Shown here piece after piece: positions 17,659 through 38,872 of a DNA stretch of 64,000 nt (positions within the stretch are counted from its first letter, which is position 1; the number at the start of each line of letters is the position of its first letter). The position numbers were made by a program, and so were the translations under genes. Origin of the DNA: the human T2T-CHM13v2.0 reference genome, Homo sapiens. The notes below the pieces were generated by a model. That model had not been told where the DNA came from and made no database searches. It worked only from the letters and a program-made list of their open reading frames with translations. Location of the stretch: NCBI RefSeq assembly GCF_009914755.1, contig NC_060941.1; one strand, written 5' to 3'.

Positions 17659-18053
17659 CTGTAATCCCAGCTACTCGGAAGGCTGAGGCAGGAGAATCGC
17701 TTGTACCAGTCCGGAGGCTGCTGCCCTCTCACAGGGCTTCCTCCTCTTGCACAGACGCACCAGTGCCTTCAGCCCCACTGGTCTCCCTCTTCTCCTTTCC
17801 TGGCCCCTGCTGGCCCAGTAGATGGGCCACTGGAGGCCACTAGATGGGGACTGGGGAATGTGATGTTGGCGATCTGCGGTATCTTCAGGGTGACAGCCAT
17901 ACCCAACGCGTGGGACCTGGCTTCCACATCTATAGACCTGACCTAAGGAAATATGTGGGCGTGTGCATAAGGATGCCATCTCAGAACTGCATATTAATAA
18001 AAAGCTGAATCAAACAGTGTCCAACAAGGGTGGCTGTTCCAGCTGGTCATCTA
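17659..18053. other. Unassigned GC-rich segment: ~45-60 nt sense Alu fragment followed by non-repeat sequence with CTCF-like motifs
   Basis: 144/240 = 60% GC over 17701-17940 vs 43/120 = 36% over 17521-17640 (hand count); abrupt junctions. Confidence 0.6.
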
Positions 18054-18288
18054 CAATCTCAGCTCACTGCAACCTCCGCCTCCTGGGTTCAAGCAATTCT
18101 GCCTTAGCCTCCCGAGTAGCTGGGACTACAGGCACACACCGCCACACCCGGCTAATTTTTTGTATTTTAGTAGAGATGGGGTTTCACCATGTTGCCCATG
18201 CTGGTCTTGAACTCCTGAGCTCAGGCAGTCCTCCCACCTTGGCCTCCCAAAGTGCTGAGATTATAGGCGTGAGCCACCGCACCTAGCC
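18054..18288 (-). mobile_element. Alu lacking its 3' ~45 nt and poly-A tail
   Basis: Begins abruptly at caatctcagctcactgcaacc. Confidence 0.88.
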
Positions 18289-19530
18289 TGTACTTTCATT
18301 TCTTAATAACTGCATGACTGTAGTGGTTGGCTTTCATTATTGTTTCCTAGGGGCAAGGTCAATGTTAGAAAAATTGTGGAATTTTCCCTTGGCATTGCTG
18401 TGGTGAGTAGACAGCTACTATTTATAGAGACTTATACTTCGTTGAAAAAATGAGATACCATGCTTGGCTTACCATAAAAACACAGATGTTTCTGGATTCC
18501 AGTAGGGAGGCCTTTTGTTCACAGCATCTGTTTTGGTTGGCCAGCCAGATGACTTCTGTGGATTTTTTCACTCCTTTTGAAGGACACTTGACAAATAAAC
18601 AAGTTTATAAATGAAAGAGTTAACAGCATTTTGTAAATTTATTTTATTACTTTAGCTATATCGTTCTGTATATTTTGAACTATCAGATCATTTTAGCTCA
18701 ATTTTATCACTTCCTAAATAACCTTGAGACGATCAGTCCTTTGTTACATGTTCTTTGGATTGTTTATTCTGCAGTTGAGACAGATTTTTATTGATCTATA
18801 AATTTTTGTGTTCAACAAACATTTAATGAGTATTCACTGTGTACTAGGCCCTGTACTAACACTGGGAACTACATATGTGAGCAAGATATAGTCTCAGTCT
18901 TTGAGAAGTTTAGTGTCTTATATGCAGTGCAAACATGTAGACAGAATAAAATTATAGTTGAGTGCTTCCATTTGAAGTTTATTTCATCAGTTTAGTGGGG
19001 AGGGGTAGGTGTCTAGGAATGCCTTCCAGAAAAAGTAGTGTCTAAGTGGAGAATTGTAGAATGAGTGGGAGTTGTCCAGGGATGGAACAGGGGTTAGTGG
19101 CGGAGATTATATAAAAGAAAGAAGCTTGCAGGTGAAAATGACCCTGGGAAAGTGGGAAACTGAAAAAGTTCAGTACATTTCTGTCATATGGCTGATCAAG
19201 CTGTGACTGGGCAAAATGCTGTCAGCATTTGTTGAACACATAAATGCTGTCTCATTCACAAAGGAGACTTGTGACCTAGACTTTATTCATCTTGTGCTAA
19301 ATTAGTGATTTCCAAACATTTGATCATGAATCTCATAAGTAAAAAATGTTTTGATTATGTATCCTCATATATTGATTATATGCCAATATTTGTTTATAGA
19401 TGATATGTAGTACTAAAAGTTATATACGCAGTAGAACATGTATAGAAAACAAAAAAAATTAAAAGGATGAGCTAAAGATGGCATGTACAATATTCTCACA
19501 GTGTTAATTTTACTGAAAATACGGAAAGTA

Positions 19531-23429
<3,899 letters not shown>

Positions 23430-24295
23430 TCATAGACTATGACTACCTGTCATAGCTCACTAGGAAACCCTAGGGAATCATGGAAGGGTTATTGGTTAAA
23501 TATATTATATAAAGGAACATTTTGCTAGTTGCTATTGACCAAAAAGGCTGTTTTTTTTTTTTTAAATATAGTCTGTAATTATTTTTGTTGAAAGATATTT
23601 GGAAGATGGTTTTTCTCAATCTATAGGAGATACAGTTCGTAGCCACCTGGGATCTCTTATAAAAAGATACTTTTTCATAGTATACTCTTTATAATATGCA
23701 TAACATTTCATAATATACTTTTGATAATATACATAAAATTTGATACATAAGTTTACCAAATTTATTGAATTTACTTCAGTGCATTTTTATTAGTCAAGAT
23801 TCTTTGGAAGATATGGAAAGCTAATTCAAAAAAGCTTGAGCAAAAAAAATTTGTTGGCTCGTAACTAATGTTCAGGACTGGTCTCAAGAACTTGGTTGCC
23901 AGATCTGTGTTTCCAGGTTATCTATTAGCTTGTCTGTGTCTCTGTGATAGTTTTACCCTTTTAGAGTGGAAAATCTTCCTCCTTGTGGTGCTCTGGCTTG
24001 CAGAAGAATGCCTTTGGTCTAGCGCCAGCATATATAAAATCCTGTGGGTGGGATAGAGTAGATGTGGTTGCATGTGTGCTGACTGGCAGTCTCACTAAAC
24101 CACATGGAATGGGAAAGGAACAGTTTCCCAAAGGAAGGGTTTGCTCTTAATGCAGAGGAAGGGATGCTGGGAGTCAAAAATAATAGATGTTCATTATAGC
24201 AATGAGTGATGAAGAGAGGACAGAAAGGCATAAAATATTCTTTAAGGGAATAGAACATGACTTAATTTGATTTTCCTAATCATTGATTCTTACAG

Positions 24296-24381
24296 AGCAT
24301 GCAAGCGGCAAGATGTCCTACAGATGAATTATCTTTAACCAATTGTGCAGTTGTGAATGAAAAGGATTTCCAGTCTGGCCA
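24296..24381 (+). CDS. NSF: NSF coding exon 2 (86 bp; [28 protein letters not shown][Q])
   Basis: ttacag|AGCATG...GGCCA|gtgagt; manual translation matches the NSF N-terminus as I recall it; phase joins the next exon. Confidence 0.96.
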
Positions 24382-26641
24382 GTGAGTATCTGACTTTGTT
24401 TTCTTTTAACCTGCTAAGTGGCATTCGGGAAACTTCCAGAGAGTCATTTTTAGGAAACGTTGGAAAATATTTTTAAAAAATTCTTGCTGAGTTGGAAAAT
24501 GGAGAAGATGAGAAAAAGTTATGTATTTGAATCATTACTGTGTCAAACTTTGATAAATACTGTATAATGTTTTAAAAATGTTTTATGTATAAAACTCTAG
24601 TTTTCATCAGTTTTCTTAGTAGAGCTAAACATACTGGTTGTATGAATCATATATGGCAGAGTTGTTAGGTGTTTGGTTCTGGCAAACTCAAGATTGTTTG
24701 AGTTTTCCTGGCTCTACCAATTACAAACTGTGTGACCATTTCTGTACCTCTATGTCCTGATCTGTAAAATGGAGATGATCTCTTCCTCAAGGTAGCTATG
24801 AAGATTGAGTTACATAAATAAAGCACTTAGAACAGTTCCCAACATGTTAACAATCCCTTAGTAAATATTAGCTGTTATGATTATTATTACCATGATAATC
24901 CAAGAGACATGAACATTGGAAGATGGGCTGGGTATGGAGGCTTACGCCTGTAATCCTAGTACTTTGGGATGCCAAGGCAGGCTGATTGCCTAAGCTCAGG
25001 AATTTGGGACCAACCTGGCCAACATGGTGAAACCCCATCTCTACTAAAAATAAAAATTAGCCAGGCATGGTGGTGTGCGCCTGTAGTCCCAGTTTCTCAG
25101 GAGACTGAGGCATGAGAATCACTTGAACCCAGGAGGCAGAGACTGTAGTGAGCCGAGATCGCGCCACTGCACTCCATCCTGGGTGACACAGCGAGACTCT
25201 GTCTCAAAAAAAAGTAAAGGAAAAAGAAAATTGGAAGCTGCAAAGCAAATGTAGAATCCTTAAAGGCATTTTGCACTGTAATTTATTTTAACTGATCCAT
25301 ATCACCGCACTGCCAGGACTTCTAAAGACCCTGCTGCAAGTTCAGTGCCATCCATATGCTTCTGAGATTGGTACAGATAAGGAGATGAAGGGGCTGTAGG
25401 GAAATAAGAGGCAAGGTGGTAGGGTTTTAACTGAGCATTTTTCTTAAAATGTTATCTGTGAAATACCTGAGTTTCACAGAGTTAGAAATGCTAATCATCT
25501 TTGGTTTCCAGCTTCAGAGTAAGAGGCTGTACTATATGGTGATATTAACATTGTTTCCAGTGCTAAACATTCTGTGATGCTAAATTGAGCACAGGATTTT
25601 CAACAGATAAACTGAAGTATAGATAATCAACGTGAGAATTTGTGGAATTCTTTTACATATGTTAAATGTTCACCGTACTCATGGTGGGGTTACTCAAAAT
25701 GTAGTTGATATAAGGAACATGTGTTCTAGTGGCAAAAAAAATACGTATAGAAACATTAGCCATTGATGTGAAAAATTACAGCATTCTGAAAAGATAATGT
25801 TTAAAAAGATAGTGAGCTAGGCATGTTAGGGCATGCCTGTAGTCCCAACTACTTTAGAGACTGAAGCAGGAGAATCTCTTGAGCCCAGGAGTTTGAGGCC
25901 AGCCTGGTCAACATAGCAAGACCACATGTATTAAAAAAAAAAAAAAAAAAAAAAAAAAGATACTGCTGCTGCATAACAGGATTTGAAGCTTCTATCTTAC
26001 ACATAGTACTTTTTAGTTACCTGGTATAGGAGATTATCATGAGAGGACTGTTTTTTTTTTTATTTACAGGTAATTTCTGAACAGGGAATTAGCACAAAAT
26101 TTTTTAAAACAGTAAATATTGATATCTACATGAAAGCTGATGTATTTTGGGAATTTTTTAAATCTTTTTTTTTTTTATTTTGTAGGTTGTTTTTGTTTTA
26201 GCCTGTTGAGAGAGTCTGCAAATAAATTTAATGAGTAGTCTAAAAACTAACTTTTTTTTGATTGCTATATCCTAGCTCTTTTATCTTTGGCTCTCTTCTC
26301 CTTATTAGGATGTGAAGTAATTCTCAGGAGAGGAAATGCATCTAGTTTTTACTTGATATCAAGGACTCTAAATCACTGGCTTCAGTTTTATGTAAACTGG
26401 AAATGTAAGGAAGTTGGTATTTTGGATGGTATTTTGGCTGGATTCTACTTGATGAGTGTTTGACCCAAGGTGCTCCTTATACCTGGAAAACATTTGGGAT
26501 TGCTGATAGTTTGGGAAACTAAATTTGTGGTTCTATTTCTTCAAGACACAGATAGTGTCGTTTCCACCTGATACTCATTAAATATCAGTTTGACAAGAAA
26601 TACATTTTGAAATTATGTTCTTCATTTCCTTCAATGTGGAG

Positions 26642-26648
26642 TACTAAC
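26642..26648 (+). promoter_or_regulatory. Consensus branch point TACTAAC of intron 2
   Basis: TACTAAC about 20 nt upstream of the exon 3 AG, followed by a pyrimidine tract. Confidence 0.75.
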
Positions 26649-26666
26649 TGTGTTTCTGTCCTTTAG

Positions 26667-26766
26667 GCATGTGATTGTGAGGACCTCTCCCAATCACAGG
26701 TACACATTTACACTGAAGACACATCCATCGGTGGTTCCAGGGAGCATTGCATTCAGTTTACCTCAG
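26667..26766 (+). CDS. NSF: NSF coding exon 3 (100 bp; [33 protein letters not shown])
   Basis: ctttag|GCATGTG...CCTCAG|gtaact; in phase; perfect TACTAAC branch point at 26642-26648. Confidence 0.96.
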
Positions 26767-28759
26767 GTAACTCAGATGTTAATTTGTTCTCTTCTGTTTT
26801 TGAAAGTCATAGAATATGAATAATCTGTTCATTTTAAGCAAGCATCACCCTGTGACTGTATTGATTCATATTGAAGAAAAATATCTAAGTATTATATAAG
26901 GAATTTAAAGATACAGTCTTCTTTTTTTTTTTTTCTTTTTTTTTTTTAAGACAGGGTCTCGTTCTGAGACCCAGGCTGGAGTGCAGTGGCACGATCATGG
27001 CTCCTGGTCTCAAGCAATTCTCATACCTCAGTCTCCCGAGTAGCTGAGACTACAGTCTTGTACCACTGTGCCTGACTAATTTTAAAATTTTTTGTAGAGA
27101 TGGTGTCTTAACTGTGTTGCCCAAGCTGGTCTTTAACTCTTGGGCTCAAGTAATCCTCCCACCTTGGCCTCTCAAAGTGCTGGGATTATAGGGTGTGAAT
27201 CATCATGCCCAACCTAAAGACAGATTCTTAATTGCCAGTTTTTGCTATGGCTGCCTTCTTTTGGCTTGATTTTTTTTCCCTAATTTTTAAAGATTTTGCA
27301 GTAAAATCAGTCAGCTATCACATAAAGCGTCAAGTTATTTTAATGTTAACTGCCAGGGTAATAGAAAAGTAGAAAACATTTTATTTGTGAAGTTGATATC
27401 TAAGAATGGTGATTTTATAATGTGATGGCGTTATACTAAAGAATTTGGAAAGAGTCTCAAATTACAACATAATTTGCTAGGCTCCCATAACAACTGGATG
27501 GGTTGTGATTACAGTTACAACTGTTGATGGATTCTGTGGAATCCAGAGAATTAGATTGCTTAGTGCTGTCCCAGGCACATCATACATAATATAAAGCACC
27601 AAGAATACTAGTCTGTATCCTCTTCTCCCTTATCATTTTACTCAGGCTGCTGACTGTCCCCAGTCCTAAGTAATGTAAATGGAATTCCTACCTCCTCCTA
27701 GTATGCTAATGAGCATTGGTTGACTTCCCTGAAGGTTTAGAGAAAGAGCTCAAACACTCATTTAAGAACTATTAGGCTGGGTGCAATGACTCATGCTGGT
27801 AATCCCAGCACTTTGGGAGGCCAAAGCTGGTGGATCACTTGAGTCCAGGAGTTCAAGACCAGTGGGCAACGTGGCGAAACCCCACCTCTACTAAAAATAT
27901 AAAAATTAGCTGAGTGTGGTGGTGCATGCCTGTAGTCCTAACTTCTTGAGGGGCTGAGGCAGGAGGATCACTTGAGCCCGGGAAGTTGAGGCTGCAGTGA
28001 GGCGAGATAGTGCCACTGTACTCTAGCCTAGGTGACAAAGTGAGACCCTGTTTAAAAAAGAAAAAAACAAAAACAAAAACTATTAGATGGGCCAGGTACC
28101 TCACGCTTGTAATCCTAGTGCTTTGGGAGGTGGAGGAGGATCGCTTGAGACCAAGAATTCCAGATCAGCATAGCGAGACCCTTGTCCCCCGCACTAGTCT
28201 CTACAAAAAAAAAATTTTTTTAAATTAGCTGGGCATGGTGGCACATGCCTGTAGTCCAGGCTACCTGGGAGGCTGAGGTTGGGAGGATCACTTGAGCCTA
28301 GGAAGTCGAGGCTGTAGTGAGCTATGATTGTGCCACCATGCTCCAGCCTTTGCTCCAGAGTGAGATTCTGTCTCTTAAAAAAAAGGGAAAAAAAAGGAAC
28401 TATTGAAGATCTCTTGAAGCCCTCAAAAATTACAGGAAATTTTCACTTACTATTCCACCTGTCTGTTTGATGCCTCTTCATTATCCAGACCACTTTCACG
28501 TTTGTTTCTATAGATTAAAAGTTTGGGATATTCCAGGGTTCTCCAGCTTTTACAGAGTTCCATTTGGGATTCTGATTGTTAGCAATAGCTTGAGGTGTGA
28601 CAGTTTCTCCTTGTCTCTGTTTTGTAAAAAAAAAAAAAAAAATTTCCCCGACATTCACTGTAGGCCAGCCTCTATTCTAGGTACTTTGGCATGTGTTAGC
28701 TCATTTAATTCTCCAAACAACCTTATACAATAGCTACTGTTGTTATCCCTAAGGACTGT

Positions 28760-29123
28760 TGTATTAGTCCATTTTCATACTGCTATGAAGAAATTCTGGA
28801 GACTGGATAATTTATAAGGAAAAATGAGATTTCATGGACTCACAGTTCCACATGGCTGCAGAGGCCTCACAATCATGGTGGAAGGCGAAGGAGGAGCAAA
28901 GTCATGTCTTACATGGCGGCAGACAAGAGAGCGTGTGCAGGGGAACTGCCCTTTATAAAACCATCAGATCTTCTGAGACTTACTCACTATCATGAAAACA
29001 GCATGGGAAAACCCACACCCATGATTCAGTTACCTCCCACTGGGTCTCTCCCATAACACATAGGGATTATGGAAACTACAATTTAAGATGAGATTTGGGT
29101 GGGGGCAAAGCCAAACCATATCA
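28760..29123 (-). mobile_element. THE1-type MaLR solo LTR
   Basis: tgtattagtccattttcatactgctat...gactcacagttccacatggctg...gagatttgggtggggg...aaaccatatca. Confidence 0.9.
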
Positions 29124-29903
29124 GCTGTCTTTGGGATTGAAGTACAGAACCTAAATGTGGCTTCCTTGTGACTTAAAGTCTAAGCTTAACGAGCATGGTG
29201 CTAAATTTCAGGTTGGCCAGAAGTGGGATGGGGTTTTACAGAAGAGGTCTTCTGGGGGAGGTGAAGGGCAGAGTGGAGGGAAACAGGATGTGGTAAGAAA
29301 GCCACAAGGGAGAGCACTTGTTGCACATATTCACAGTTCAGTGTCTTCTAAATTACCCGCCACAAAGTCTGCAGTGTTTGGATGGGCAGGTGAACTACTG
29401 ATTTTCAACCAAAAATTGTTTTTCTCATTGTTCTTTGGAGTGTTATCAGTAATTACTAATTTTGAATCTATACCAAGCAAACCCCAGATTCCTGCCTAAA
29501 CACAATCTGGCCTGCCTTCATACTTCTTGCCATTGTAAACAGTAGGGATTTGGGAAAGCCTGAAATCTAGCTGTAAATGTCTAAAAATCTTCTGGCTAGT
29601 ATACAAAGAGTAGCCATGACCATCTAATGATTTCAGTCCCTGACTGGGTTTCAAAATAGATTTTCTGACCAGTTTTAATTTAGTCTTCATGAATTGAATG
29701 TCTTCCTTTTTGAGATACTGTAACAAACAGTAAAACTAACTGCAGCAGTACATTTAGAACACTGAAGTGTGATCTGATACAGTGAAGACCTTCTGTAGCA
29801 TCATATTGTGCAAAGGAACATCCTCCTCAGTGGTGCCAGCTTTACTGCAAAAGGCAAGCTTTGCACGTTTTGAAACAGATGTTCAGATGTAAACTGTAGC
29901 ACA

Positions 29904-30352
29904 TGCTTTACTTTCCTAGGGTAAGTAACAAAGAACCATTACTGGGTAGCTTAAAACAACAGAGATTTATTCTGTCACCGTTGTGGAGGCCGGAAGTCTG
30001 AAATCAAGCTGTCAGTAGAGCTATTCCCTCTCTGAAGGCTCTAGGGAAGAACCTGTTCTGTGCTTAGCTTCTGGTGTTGCCGGCAATCCTTTGGTGTTCC
30101 TTGGCTGTAGCTGCATCATTTCAATTTCTGCCTCTGCTATCACATGATGGCATTCTGTCTGTGTGTCTATGTCTCTTTCTTAGAAGGACACCAGTCATAT
30201 CGGCTTAGGGTTCACCCTAATTCATTATGACCTCATGTTAACTTGATACATTTGCAGAGATTGTATTTCTAAATAAAGTCACATCCACAGGTGTTGGGGG
30301 CTAAGACTTCAACATACTTTGGAGGGGGAGAGCACAGTTCAACCATAATAGC
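29904..30352 (-). mobile_element. MLT1C-type MaLR solo LTR
   Basis: gcttaaaacaacagagatttattctgtcac...ctctgaaggctctagggaagaa...aaggacaccagtcat. Confidence 0.82.
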
Positions 30353-30463
30353 ATACCATGTTTTGATCTTTGAGTGTATTCCTAAAATTCATTAAAATTC
30401 CTCTTTTTCTCTTGTCTAATTTTGATGGCTTTGGTTTTAAGTATCTTTTTTTCTCCTTTACAG

Positions 30464-30503
30464 AGAAAATGGGCTGGGCTTTCTATTGGGCAAGAAATAG
30501 AAG
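30464..30503 (+). CDS. NSF: NSF coding exon 4 (40 bp; RKWAGLSIGQEIE[V])
   Basis: ttacag|AGAAAATGG...GAAG|gtaggt; in phase. Confidence 0.95.
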
Positions 30504-31112
30504 GTAGGTATATTTTTTAGCCACCTGATAAAGATTTTCTATGTGATTTTCTCACAGTTATTGAGATCTGTACAATTTTCTATTACTAGTGGTCAGATCT
30601 TAAACATTCATTGTATCAGAAGACTGGTTACATCTATGAGAATGGGAAGGAAATAGTTATGGTACCTCTGTTCCTATATCTTTTATGAAGTGTGTGATAA
30701 GGTCGTCATAGTTCAAGGCAAGGAAAGCAATTTGTGACTTCCAGTTGGGGGCGTGGCGGGGTGGAAAGACTAAGCTGCTAATAGATAATAAGCCAAAGAA
30801 CTAATAAGCAAAAAGTGGCATTGTCTCAGGCAATGTGGCAAAGTTAGGAAATGGAGTATGAGTCGTCTTTAGTCAGATGATTTTATGTCAACTTCATGGA
30901 TACAGTAGGGGAAGGAAAGAAAATGCAAGTGTAATTAAACCAGCTTTTCTTCTGCTTGTCTTTAAAACTTAAAAAAAAATTGTATTTATAGAAAGGTTGC
31001 AAAAATAATACGAAGAATTTCTGTATACTGCCTTTACCCAGCTTTACCAATTGTCATATTTTCTTTATCATTCTGGCTCCCTGTCTTCCTCTCTGGGTCT
31101 CTGTCTCTCTCT

Positions 31113-31114
<2 letters not shown>

Positions 31115-31161
<47 letters not shown>
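31115..31161. repeat. (AC)~23 microsatellite
   Basis: Direct inspection. Confidence 0.97.
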
Positions 31162-31162
<1 letters not shown>

Positions 31163-31213
31163 CTTTTATCCTACTCCTCATTTAGGAACCTGACAACTTG
31201 TAATTTTTTCTAA

Positions 31214-34753
<3,540 letters not shown>

Positions 34754-35830
34754 TTACAGAAAATCCTTGTACATAACTCAAGGGTCTAGAATTTAAGAAA
34801 TAAGTTTAGAACAGAATTTAGAGTGTGAAACGACCATAAAGACTTATCTAGTTCAGTCTTGATTTATAGATGTGACAAATCAAGGCACAGACAACTTAAA
34901 TTATTTACTTGGATTCTTCTGATTGCTAGCAGAATCTGTTGAAACACACATACTCAAAGTCCCTTTGAAGAAAACAGCTTTGTTTGTAAACCACTAGAAT
35001 CTTTGCAACAGACATTTAATACTGCACAGTGACTTCTTTTGTTTACCTCTTGCTATTTGACCTCAGTAACTCACAGAAATGCCATGCCTGTTGTTCAAAG
35101 CAAGTGTGAAAAAACAGTCTTTGTTTATAACCTGCTTTTGTGGTGAGAACTGTAGAAGCTCACTTACCCAATGTGACTTGGACTGGTAATTAAGTGAAAA
35201 GTTGGTTAAAGGCTTTTTCTTGGAGGTGTGGTCCATGGATTGGAGTTCTGTATTATCTTTTGTGCATACACTTTACCCATAATTTCCAGGTGGATTTCTT
35301 TGAAATGGCTGGAGAACTTAGACTTTGTAGAGCATCTGAGAGTGCCAAAACCTCTTGGATTTTTGTAGAGTTCACTCCCAACCTTTTCTAATTTTAATGC
35401 TTATACCTAGTTAGCAGTATTTTTTTTTTCTAGAAGAAACACTTCATTTAAAAAATTTTCCCAAAGCTTTCAACTTATAATATCTATTCTAGAATGTCAA
35501 AGTCATTGTAATAACAGTTCAACAACCAGGCCTTCAGAAGTTTTTATACTATTTAATTATATTTCATAATTAACTGTAACAAGTGTAACTAGCACAGACA
35601 GATACCAGAATGAACTTGGTTGACCCATGATGTGTAGCAACTCCTGTCTACAAGCTCTGAGCGTTAGGCAAACCATAGGCTGATGGGTATATGTTGGAGG
35701 GATAAAAGTTGGTCAGCTTTCTGATGACTCAGCTCAGTGGAGGTTGCTTAAGAGAGCTGCTACTGTATCCTTAAGGGGCCATTGGTAAATTTTAGGACAA
35801 GTATCTTCAGGGAACCTAAAGGGAAAATAA

Positions 35831-35831
<1 letters not shown>

Positions 35832-35883
<52 letters not shown>
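35832..35883. repeat. (TG)~26 microsatellite
   Basis: Direct inspection. Confidence 0.97.
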
Positions 35884-35885
<2 letters not shown>

Positions 35886-36915
35886 CGTGTGTGAAGCCTT
35901 ATTGAAGAGTAGCAATAGACTCTTTCTTACTAGGCGTAATCAAGTTGCCCTCCTGGGGAAACTCAAATGCAAAAATCCTCTTGAACTTTTCTGGGTAGCC
36001 TACTCTACTCTTTCCTAATAGTACCACTACAGTATACAGCACTGTAAAATTTTTTGCTTTAAAAGTTTGTTTATAAACTGGCATTTATAAGTATACTTTT
36101 TGAGCTGATTTAAGAATCAAGTTTTTTTTTCTAGGGAAATGCTTCTTTGTAATTATCTGTCACTAGCAAAATTTGTTTTAACATATATTTTTCTAAAAAT
36201 ATGATATGTAAACTGTGTTGTAGTTGTACAATTAAAGGTTTTTGGTCGAACAGTTATTACATGATGTAAAATCATGTGTAACACTTTAATATTAATTACA
36301 TTGTAACCTAAAATTCATTTTAAAACTTTTTATGTGGCTTGAACAGGAATTTTCTTATCCAAAGCTTTGTATGTATGCTTTATTGCCTCCTTTGTTATTA
36401 GCATGGAGACCATGGGTTTTCTGTTATTGTTGTTTCATTTAAACAGTTCATGAATATATTAAGCACCTGAAAGAAACTGTTAGATGCTGTTAATAGGAAG
36501 AGGAGTTAAAAACCTCGTCCTTGCCCTTATCTACATGTGTACATGTAGAACTTACTGTAGTTCCCTAGATGTAGCAGGTGCTCAGGAAACATTTTTGTAG
36601 TAGTAAAAAAGAAATGTCAAACTCTAACTTGCTCTGGAGCAAATTCCGCTAGTAAACATTGTTTTTCAAGCTTCTTTTTTTTGCCTTGCGTCCTACTTTC
36701 TTAGGCCAAAATAATTCATCCACATCCCACCTTAGCTGTTTTTTTGTGTCAAACAAAAATCTTATTTGGAAATAGCATGTTACGCCAACTGTGTTGGGGC
36801 ATCCCATACTGTATTGCATTAAATGAGGAGAAAGATGCAGAGGCCATGTGGGGAGGATTGTGATCCTGATAAGAGTGGGATGAGGGATAACAACAGAGAG
36901 ACTGCCGTTCAATAT

Positions 36916-37217
<302 letters not shown>

Positions 37218-37439
37218 TGCCATTCAGTATTTCTAATTAATTCAGATGGGGAAGAAAATCTCTAGTGACTATTATTTTTTAAACCTGTACCTGTGTGTCC
37301 CTCCAGTGAAGGCCATTTAAACCCCATTTTTGGTGAAGTAGTTTATGATTCATTTATGTGAAACTTTTAGTTACTAGAAACACTACAGGTATTTTGTACT
37401 CCTGTGATTTTTAAAAAAATGCTTCTTTTTTTCCCCTAG

Positions 37440-37606
37440 TCTCCTTATATACATTTGACAAAGCCAAACAGTGTATTGGCACAATGACCATCGAGATTGA
37501 TTTCCTGCAGAAAAAAAGCATTGACTCCAACCCTTATGACACCGACAAGATGGCAGCAGAATTTATTCAGCAATTCAACAACCAGGCCTTCTCAGTGGGA
37601 CAACAG
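37440..37606 (+). CDS. NSF: NSF coding exon 5 (167 bp; [55 protein letters not shown])
   Basis: cccctag|TCTCC...CAACAG|gtagtt; open frame, in phase. Confidence 0.96.
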
Positions 37607-37968
37607 GTAGTTTTTAATTTTCTTTCATTCCTTTAACTTTATAGGTATTCTAATTTCTGCAGTTTTCCAAAATTAATTCCACCTTTTAAAAAGTGAGAGG
37701 GGCTTTGCGTATCAACTCGTATATCCAAGGTGAGTGATAAAAGTGAGGGAGATGTATTTACTGAACTTCAAGGAGTCTGTTCAGAAAAATTCTAAAGTAG
37801 CTTTTAGATTAAAATGTCATGTATAATTATAGCAGCTTTTCCCTCAGCAAATTTGGGAACCCTGTGGACATATATATCTGAAATTCCTTTTTATATCATA
37901 GGACATTTGTTTTGCTTCTGGAATGTCTGTCTCTTTCACTAATATAGTTCTGTAGAAAATGTAGCTCT

Positions 37969-38306
<338 letters not shown>

Positions 38307-38412
38307 CTAGATAGGAAAAGGATATAGTACATTATTTTAAAAAGAGTACTAGAATTGGAATGAACCTCAAGAGATTACCTTATGTAACTCCACATATACA
38401 AATGAGGAATTT

Positions 38413-38872
<460 letters not shown>

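Larger units (their letters stand above)
24926..28395. mobile_element. Alus flanking exon 3: 24926-25214(+), monomer 25816-25958(+), 26922-27214(-), 27775-28080(+), 28090-28395(+)
   Basis: Alu consensus matches. Confidence 0.85.

Noticed and set aside
17671-17979. Overlapping 102-aa (-) and 81-aa (+) ORFs in the GC-rich cassette
   Set aside because: No recognisable domain; ORFs of this length are expected at 60% GC, and both overlap the Alu-derived fragment.
17950-18035. Faint resemblance of [29 protein letters not shown] to ribosomal protein L31
   Set aside because: Few identities, no convincing nucleotide match, and no poly-A or TSD, so I cannot call an RPL31 pseudogene without a search.
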